64,000 bases of DNA, from contig CBDCDC010000002.1 of assembly GCA_965215195.1 (NCBI GenBank), positions 1,152,001 to 1,216,000 on the forward strand. The letters run 5' to 3'. This document shows, piece by piece, positions 57,443 through 64,000 of the stretch (positions are counted from its first letter, which is position 1; every line of letters starts with the position of its first letter). The translations under genes were made by a program, and so were the position numbers. The notes beneath the pieces are model-generated. The model saw only the letters and a list, made by a program, of their open reading frames with translations. It was not told the DNA's origin and made no database searches. The stretch comes from Candidatus Latescibacterota bacterium. GTDB taxonomy: Bacteria > Latescibacterota > UBA2968 > UBA8231.

Positions 57443-59815
57443 TTAGAACGAAAAACTCACCCCCAGCCACAAATTGGCGGGATTCCCCGGGGTGAAGTGG
57501 ATCTCCGAAACAGGTTCCTCTTCGTCTCGCAGACGCGATTCAGTGTCAAATTGCGCTTCGTTCCACGTCGTATTTAGCACGTTCTCTACGCCCAAGTTCA
57601 ATCGCCAAGCCCCTAGGCGATAGGCGCCCTTGAAATCGACGACAGTATAGCCCTCGGCCGTGATACTACCGTCCTCGTTGGCGGGCCGGTCGCCGACGTG
57701 GCGGTATCGCAAGCTGCCTTCCAGACCATTGGGATGATACCAGGTCAAGCCCCCGGTAGAGGTCCGTTGAGGGGCCAGCGGAATCTCATTGGCGTCGTCG
57801 GGTTCGTCCACGGCCTCACCCCGGGCGAGATTGAGGTCGAGATCGGCCCACAGCCATGAACGCAGTTGGAGACGGGCTTCTATATCTAGCCCCTCCCGCC
57901 GGGTTCTCCCGCTGGCTTCGGTGGTACCAGCATCGCCGACAAAGACGAATTCGCTCGCTAGGTCCAACCACCAAATAGCCGCCCCCAAATTCAACCGCTC
58001 GAACAACCGGGTCCGCAGGCCGGTTTCGGCTCCCACAGCCCGCGGTAGGGTCCCTTCTTCGAGGTGTCCCGGATCTATGTGCCGTCCCGCTAACTCAACG
58101 GCAATGTCAGCCTCGCTGCGCCCATCGCGCCGCATGACCCGACGAATTTGCGCGGCGCGTGCGTCAATGACGTTGTTGCGGGCGTCGTTGGAATGGAAGC
58201 CCGTGCCGAAATTGGCAAAAAAGTCCAAGGCGCGGCTAGGGCTATACGCCAAGATCACTTTTGGGCTGAATATGGAGGCGTGGGCAAAGCCCGAGGCGTG
58301 GGGCAACTCGGTGCGGTGCCCTTCGAGATGATCGTCAACATTGAAGGTGAAATAATCGCCGCGCAGTCCCAGCACCAGTTTCAGACGCGGGGTGAGGATG
58401 AGTTCTTCTTGGCCCCACAGGAACAGGTTGCGCTCCACCACATCGGCATCGACCAGAGGCGCTAGGCGCTGGCGATTGGGACTTTTCCACAACTCCACGT
58501 CCGCATTATCGGCGCGCAGGCCGCCCCCTATCTCGGTGTGGGCCAAGTACGGGCCTACGTTGTGATAGAAAGAATAGCGGCTGTTGATTCCGGTGACCTG
58601 TCGGGTATCAGTCTGTTCGATGACGTCGCCGCGCTCGGGATCGTTGAGGAAGAAGGTGAAGTTGGAGAACAACTTGAACTGGTAGTTGACCAGATACGCC
58701 TGCAGATCGAAGGTGCTGGTGCCCTCTTCTTGGACGTGGAAATTGACTTGGAAATCTTGGCGGCCGGTGGTGCCTCCCTCCAGATCGTCAATGGCACCCC
58801 AGCGGTCGATGAGACCCTGCTCAACCGCTCGTTGGGGGATCTGCCCAGAGGCATCCCAAGCCGAACTGAACCCGCTAGTGGTCAGGGTGAGGGTGGAGCG
58901 GTCGGAAAGGTGGTTGTGGTATTTGCCAAAGAGATTGAAGCGTTGCAGGCCCTGAGGCTGGTTGACTGGGCCATCGGTGTGGTAGTACTTGCTAGCGAAA
59001 TAAGCGCTTTGTTTGGTATCGGCCAGCGGAATCTGGTATAGCATGGTGTACTCGGCCGTATTGAAACCACCCCCTTCGAGGTGAATGGCGTTGCCGTCGA
59101 GATGATCCCGGGTGCGATAGGCGATAGCCCCGGCGGTAGCTAGATTGCCGAATTCGGCAAAGTACGGCCCTTTCTTGACTTCTAGTTCCTCGACCACTTC
59201 GGGAATGAGGAAGTGCAGGTCGGCGTAGCCTTGCCCATGGCCGTGAGAGACCATATTCACGGGGATTCCATCCACCGAGATGGCCACATCAGTACCGTGG
59301 TCAGCGTCAAAGCCGCGCAGAAAGATCTGTTCGGCTTTGCCGCCGCCAGCGTGTTGGGCAATGATGAGGCCGGGGGCTAGTTGCAGCATCTGATGGGCCG
59401 TGTGGTTGGGCCGGGTTTGCAGGTCGAATTGGCGCACCGCCCGCGAGGAGGCCGCCGAAAAGGCTCGGTCGGCTTGGATCAGCATTTCGCCCATGTACAC
59501 CGGGCTGGGAGTCAGGGCGGCGGTCAAGCCGGCTTTCTCGCCAGATTCCACCTGCACGGTCTTGGTAAGGGTGGCATAACCGATCAAACTGATTTCCACT
59601 TGGTAGGTGCCGCTGGGCACGGCCGGCAATATGAACCGACCTTCCGGGTCCGTGGTAGCCCCCAGCAAAGTCTCCACGAGGCGAATGTTGGCTCCTAGCA
59701 GCGGCGTACCGCTGTCCGCGTCAGTTACCGTACCGCTTAGACTGGCTGTCTGGGCCGTTAGAGGATGGACGGCTAGCAAAGCCGCCAAGATCGACATACA
59801 AATCATACTGCTCAT
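57443..59815 (-). CDS. TonB-dependent receptor with N-terminal carboxypeptidase-regulatory-like domain
   Basis: LSGTVTDA..LLGANI; plug QHAGGGKAEQIFLRGFDADHGTD; C-terminal VSFSF. Confidence 0.92.
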   Translation of the reverse strand: MSSMICMSILAALLAVHPLTAQTASLSGTVTDADSGTPLLGANIRLVETLLGATTDPEGRFILPAVPSGTYQVEISLIGYATLTKTVQVESGEKAGLTAALTPSPVYMGEMLIQADRAFSAASSRAVRQFDLQTRPNHTAHQMLQLAPGLIIAQHAGGGKAEQIFLRGFDADHGTDVAISVDGIPVNMVSHGHGQGYADLHFLIPEVVEELEVKKGPYFAEFGNLATAGAIAYRTRDHLDGNAIHLEGGGFNTAEYTMLYQIPLADTKQSAYFASKYYHTDGPVNQPQGLQRFNLFGKYHNHLSDRSTLTLTTSGFSSAWDASGQIPQRAVEQGLIDRWGAIDDLEGGTTGRQDFQVNFHVQEEGTSTFDLQAYLVNYQFKLFSNFTFFLNDPERGDVIEQTDTRQVTGINSRYSFYHNVGPYLAHTEIGGGLRADNADVELWKSPNRQRLAPLVDADVVERNLFLWGQEELILTPRLKLVLGLRGDYFTFNVDDHLEGHRTELPHASGFAHASIFSPKVILAYSPSRALDFFANFGTGFHSNDARNNVIDARAAQIRRVMRRDGRSEADIAVELAGRHIDPGHLEEGTLPRAVGAETGLRTRLFERLNLGAAIWWLDLASEFVFVGDAGTTEASGRTRREGLDIEARLQLRSWLWADLDLNLARGEAVDEPDDANEIPLAPQRTSTGGLTWYHPNGLEGSLRYRHVGDRPANEDGSITAEGYTVVDFKGAYRLGAWRLNLGVENVLNTTWNEAQFDTESRLRDEEEPVSEIHFTPGNPANLWLGVSFSF

Positions 59816-60021
59816 AAACCCCTGCTCCTTTCGAGGGCAAAATATCTCCAGGCACCCCATCTCTCAGCGGATTCGTCTGGGGTGCCGCTTTACACGCAAA
59901 AAATAGAATTTGTTGTAACTAAACATAATAATAAAACGGCGTTACACCCGACGAGCGAGCAGCATCGCCCAACTGTCATTATCGGTCGCAGCCCCGCAAC
60001 ACTCACCCGGCCCCAAATGAC

Positions 60022-60050
60022 TTGCGCCCCGTGGCCCAAGCAAATAGTAT
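60022..60050 (+). promoter_or_regulatory. Sigma70-like promoter TTGCGC-N17-TAGTAT
   Basis: 17-bp spacing, upstream of 60093. Confidence 0.4.
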
Positions 60051-60092
60051 AAACCGAAATTCAACAGACCCAGCAAAACACGGGGAAGGAAC

Positions 60093-60827
60093 ATGAAGAA
60101 AAAACTTTTCATCACCGGCGCGGCCGGCAAAGTCGGGTCCGGCCTGCGCCGCCACCTCAAAGACCGCTACGACTTCCGCCTGCTCTTCCACCGCAACATC
60201 CCCCCGGTTGAGCCAAACGACGAAATCGTGGTCTCCGACCTCGCCAACTTCGAGAACATGGTCGAGGCCTGCGAAGGCATCGACACCATCGTCCACCTCG
60301 GCATCGCCATTACCCAGCGGGGCTATCCGCGCACGCGCTACAACCAGATGATCATGGAGACCAATATCGAGGGCACCTATAACATCTTTGAGGCCGCCCG
60401 CATCAACAAGGTCCCGGTCGTCGTCTTTGCCAGCACCAACCACGTAACCGGCTTTTACGAAAAAGAAGGCATCTACACCACCCCGGACATGCCCATCCGC
60501 CCGGACAGCATGTACGGCGTCAGCAAGGCCTTCGGCGAAGCGCTCGGCCGCTTTTACTACGACGAGTACGGCATCTCCACTTACTGCCTCCGCATCGCCA
60601 ACTATCCCGATACCGAGGAAGTCAACAGCACTTATCCCCCCGGGGAAAACCGCTGGCTCAGCGCCCGCGATGTGTCCGAGCTGACCGCCTGCTGCATCGA
60701 GGCCCCGCGGCCCCAATTTGGCATCTTCTATGGGGTCTCGCAGGGCGCGGACAAAAAATGGGACCTCGCCAACGCCAAGCAACTCGTCGGCTGGGAGCCC
60801 CAAGACCGCGGCGCACCCTCGCCGTGA
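60093..60827 (+). CDS. NAD-dependent epimerase/dehydratase (uronate dehydrogenase-like SDR)
   Basis: ITGAAGKVG, FASTNH, YGVSKAFGE, WLSARD. Confidence 0.88.
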   Translation: MKKKLFITGAAGKVGSGLRRHLKDRYDFRLLFHRNIPPVEPNDEIVVSDLANFENMVEACEGIDTIVHLGIAITQRGYPRTRYNQMIMETNIEGTYNIFEAARINKVPVVVFASTNHVTGFYEKEGIYTTPDMPIRPDSMYGVSKAFGEALGRFYYDEYGISTYCLRIANYPDTEEVNSTYPPGENRWLSARDVSELTACCIEAPRPQFGIFYGVSQGADKKWDLANAKQLVGWEPQDRGAPSP

Positions 60828-61474
60828 CCAACGTGGCCGACTTGGGCGGCGGCTACGCAGAGTCCGCACCCGACCCCGGCCCCACCATAGCAGCCCTCCT
60901 GCAAGCCGCCCGCCCCGGCAGCCCGTCCTCTCGCCTCGTGATCTTGAGCGGTCCGCCCGGGGTCGGCAAAACGGCCGTCGCCCAAGCTCTTCTCGCGCTC
61001 TGCCCCCACACCTTTCTCCTCGACAAAGACCAAACGGCCGCTGGTTTTATCCTCGAAGCGGCCGCGCTGCAGGGCGACGCGCCCAACGCGGCCTACGGCA
61101 CTCCGCACTACTGGCAAAAGCTCCGTCCCCTCGAATATGCCAGCGCCCTCGCTGCCGCTTGCGCCAACCTCGTCGGCACCCGCCAAGTCCTCCTCGTCGG
61201 CGGTTTTGGCCCCGAGTTGGGCGCGGACGACCTCTGGGAAGGCCTAGCTGCCAACATCGCCCCGGCCACCCTCGGCGTCCTCCACCTCGACCCGCCGCCC
61301 TTGGACAGTTGGCGCACCCGCATGGCCGGCCGCGGCTCCCGCGCCGACGCGCCCTACTTTGCCCATCTCGCGCGGGCCCTCGGCAACCTCCCCGTCTGGG
61401 CTGGGGCCGTCCGCATCCCGACCGACGGCCCCCTGCACTCGGTCGTCCAACGCGCCCTCAACGCCCTCGGCTGA
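60824..61474 (+). CDS. P-loop kinase-like (AAA_33) protein
   Basis: GPPGVGKT, LLDKD; GTGA overlap with the upstream stop. Confidence 0.7.
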   Translation: MTNVADLGGGYAESAPDPGPTIAALLQAARPGSPSSRLVILSGPPGVGKTAVAQALLALCPHTFLLDKDQTAAGFILEAAALQGDAPNAAYGTPHYWQKLRPLEYASALAAACANLVGTRQVLLVGGFGPELGADDLWEGLAANIAPATLGVLHLDPPPLDSWRTRMAGRGSRADAPYFAHLARALGNLPVWAGAVRIPTDGPLHSVVQRALNALG

Positions 61475-61540
61475 AGGCGCAAAGGCCGCGTGCGCTGCGG
61501 TTGACTTTTCTTGGTTCTACCCTTTATTTTTTAGGATGTT

Positions 61541-62797
61541 ATGTTAATCGTCCACAGTGCCTTAGGCTACTGCGTTCTCCTCGCCATCGCCTATTTCAGC
61601 GGCCGCCGCACCCGCTCCATTCCCTATAAAACCATCGGCGTGGCCACGGTGCTCCAGCTCCTGCTGGCCGCCATCCTGCTACAACCCGCCATCCGCTCGC
61701 TGGTGTTTGCCTTCGCCAGCAACTTGACGTCCCTGCTCAAAAAAACCGCGCTTACGGCCAATGAGTCGCTGCTGTTTAGCGGCGTGAGCGCCGAGTCGTT
61801 TGCCCGCGAGCACGGGCCGGTCGTCGCCCTCGAAATCGCGGCGATCCTCGTCTTTGTGGCCGCGCTTTCGCGCGTACTCTACCACTATCGGCTCCTGCCT
61901 TGGATCATCGCCCGGCTCAGCCGGTTCATGCAGAAGTCCATGGGCATCAGCTCGGCCGAGAGCGTCGGCATGACCGGCAATATCTTCCTTGGCATGACCG
62001 AAGCCCCGCTCCTGATCCGCCCCTACGTGGCCCGCCTCACCGAAAGCGAGCTGTTGTGCCTGATGATCGGCGGCATGGCCACGATTGCCGGCACCGTGAT
62101 GACCATCTACGCGACCATGCTCGGGGCGATCCACCCGGATATTGCCGGGCACCTCCTCGTCGCTTCGCTGATCAGCGCGCCGGCCGCCATCGCCGTATCT
62201 AAGCTCATGCTCCCGGAAACGGAACGAGCGGAAACGGCCCACGCAAAGGTGGAGCTGCCCCCTAGGGACACCCTCAACGGCCTCGATGCGGCCGCCCGCG
62301 GCGCGGCCGAGGGCATGCATTTGGTGCTCAACATCCTCGCCATGCTCATCGCCTTCCTCGGCCTAGTGGCCTTGGTCAACTACGGCCTGAGCTATCTCGA
62401 CGCCCTGTTCAACGGCACGCCAAGTGGCTGGAGCTTACAAACCATAGCCGGCGTCCTCTTTCACCCCCTGACGTGGTTGATGGGCATTCCTTGGGCAGAA
62501 GCGCGCCTCGTCGGCCAACTCATGGGCCTGAAGACTATTCTCAACGAGTTCGTCGCGTACCTAGCGCTCGCCCAGCAGATGGAAGGCAACGCCGCTTTGA
62601 GCACGCGCTCGTTCATCATCGCCACGTACGCCCTGTGTGGCTTTGCCAACTTTGGCTCGGTGGCCATTATGATCGGCGGCATCGGCGGCATCGCGCCCGA
62701 GCGGCGCGGTGACCTAGCGCGCTTGGGGCTGCGCTCGCTGGTGGGCGGTACGCTCGCGACCATGGCGACTGGCTGCGTGATTGGGCTATACCTGTGA
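61541..62797 (+). CDS. nupC: Concentrative nucleoside transporter (CNT/NupC family)
   Basis: NIFLGMTEAPL, GGMATIAG, NEFVAY, ALCGFAN. Confidence 0.9.
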   Translation: MLIVHSALGYCVLLAIAYFSGRRTRSIPYKTIGVATVLQLLLAAILLQPAIRSLVFAFASNLTSLLKKTALTANESLLFSGVSAESFAREHGPVVALEIAAILVFVAALSRVLYHYRLLPWIIARLSRFMQKSMGISSAESVGMTGNIFLGMTEAPLLIRPYVARLTESELLCLMIGGMATIAGTVMTIYATMLGAIHPDIAGHLLVASLISAPAAIAVSKLMLPETERAETAHAKVELPPRDTLNGLDAAARGAAEGMHLVLNILAMLIAFLGLVALVNYGLSYLDALFNGTPSGWSLQTIAGVLFHPLTWLMGIPWAEARLVGQLMGLKTILNEFVAYLALAQQMEGNAALSTRSFIIATYALCGFANFGSVAIMIGGIGGIAPERRGDLARLGLRSLVGGTLATMATGCVIGLYL

Positions 62798-62849
62798 AAC
62801 TCAGTGGCACTTCGGGCGTTACTTACTATCTAGCTGAAACGAAAAGCAG

Positions 62850-63101
62850 ATGAGCAGAAAAAAGACGACCTATCGCGCCCGTTTCGACGGCCACCGGCGG
62901 CTCGCGGCCGCGGTCATCATCCAAGCCGTCAAAGATGTGCAGACCGCGGATTGCAATCAGGAACGGCAGACGGCTATCGACTTCCTCTCAGGGGACATGT
63001 GGCCCTTTTCCGACGTGCTCGACCTGCCTTTAGACGGTCGCGCCCTCTGCGAGTACCTACGCACTATGGAGCTCGCTTCCACCGACCCCCCCCTCAACTG
63101 A
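62850..63101 (+). CDS. Small hypothetical protein
   Basis: 83-aa ORF filling the intergenic space (RRLAAAVIIQAVKD). Confidence 0.5.
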   Translation: MSRKKTTYRARFDGHRRLAAAVIIQAVKDVQTADCNQERQTAIDFLSGDMWPFSDVLDLPLDGRALCEYLRTMELASTDPPLN

Positions 63102-63135
63102 CCCCGCGGTGCATATAACCCGGAGACGATTCCTC

Positions 63136-63948
63136 ATGGAACTTTCGCCCGCGCAGATTCGCTTCTTCAAGGCCTTCGGCTATCTCTACTTCCCGCAGCT
63201 TTTTGCCCCCGACGAGATCGCCTCGATCACCGAGGAATTTGAGCTTTCCATCCAAGCCCACGGCAACGGCACTCAACACGACGGCAGCAAGCGCACCATG
63301 TTCGGCGGCCCCATCGAGCACCGCGAGCGGCTTTGCACCCTCATAGACGACGAGCGCATCGTCGCAATCTGCAACGGCGTCCTCGGCGCGAACTTCAACT
63401 ACGCCAGCGGCGACGGCAACTACTACAGCGGCGATACCGGCTGGCACCCCGATGGCAATTGGGGCCAGCTTTTCTCGGTCAAAATCGCCTTCTACTTAGA
63501 CGAGCTAACCCGCGACACCGGCTGCCTGCGCGTGCTCCCCGGCAGTCACCACCCCAACCACTTCGTCCGCGCCGAGGGCATTGACCTCAACAAATCCATG
63601 GAGCTGTTCGGGGTCCAGCCACGCGATGTCCCCGGCAACCTCGCGCTCGAGACGACCCCCGGCGACCTCGTCATCTTCAACCACGACCTCTACCACGCCT
63701 CCTTCGGCGGCGACCAGCGGCGGCGCATGTTTACCATGAACCTCACCCGCCCCTGCACCAGCGATGCCGACCGAGCCACCCTCGAGGACTATCTCCGCCG
63801 GCACTCTCCCGGCGGCTACCAAGTCGCCACCGGCGGCGGCATGTTCTATCCCACCATGCTCGATACGGCCGGCCCGGAGCGCATGGTTCACCTGCGCCAA
63901 TGCGCCGAAGTCCACGACGAGCTCTTCCCGGAGCTGGCGCGGCATTGA
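63136..63948 (+). CDS. Phytanoyl-CoA dioxygenase (PhyH) family
   Basis: WHPD, LRVLPGSH, PGDLVIF, YHAS; GGAG RBS. Confidence 0.88.
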   Translation: MELSPAQIRFFKAFGYLYFPQLFAPDEIASITEEFELSIQAHGNGTQHDGSKRTMFGGPIEHRERLCTLIDDERIVAICNGVLGANFNYASGDGNYYSGDTGWHPDGNWGQLFSVKIAFYLDELTRDTGCLRVLPGSHHPNHFVRAEGIDLNKSMELFGVQPRDVPGNLALETTPGDLVIFNHDLYHASFGGDQRRRMFTMNLTRPCTSDADRATLEDYLRRHSPGGYQVATGGGMFYPTMLDTAGPERMVHLRQCAEVHDELFPELARH

Positions 63949-64000
63949 CGGCCAGCCCACCTGTGCAGATATTCCACCTGTGCAGATATTTTCTCTGCGC

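Noticed and set aside
62850-63101. Prophage remnant suggested by a small phage-like ORF
   Set aside because: No other phage genes, integrase or att sites nearby.
63957-63990. 17-bp tandem duplication CCACCTGTGCAGATATT x2
   Set aside because: Only two copies at the window edge; cannot be interpreted without downstream sequence.

Overview
GC-rich bacterial chromosomal window. The gene content suggests a Latescibacterota/Poribacteria-like lineage (inference): a DUF6785-like membrane protein, FlgD-Ig-like C-terminal domains, a 'STWGQIK' C-terminal motif, ASPIC/UnbV proteins and two PhyH dioxygenases. Main blocks: (i) a decayed TPR-ASPIC-PPIase module with a low-GC two-gene insert (1-3400); (ii) exported amino-acid/amide enzymes (3690-6652); (iii) a gutted type I R-M island retaining a TIR-TIR-transmembrane Thoeris-like module and an AAA_14/DUF4143 ATPase (6730-12001); (iv) an Opp-type ABC transporter; (v) a 17.6-kb minus-strand envelope locus (TPR, ASPIC, PPIase, TWGQIK protein, lipoprotein, three FlgD-CTD proteins, candidate outer-membrane protein, DUF6785-like transporter); (vi) catabolic genes, a broken RelE/HigA pair, an IS701-family element and crcB with a structured leader; (vii) a methyltransferase/endonuclease pair and an AAA-PD-(D/E)XK gene bracketed by ~475-bp direct repeats; (viii) a TonB-dependent receptor, nupC and others. 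No rRNA, tRNA or CRISPR array was seen. Family calls come from motif recognition by eye, not database searches.
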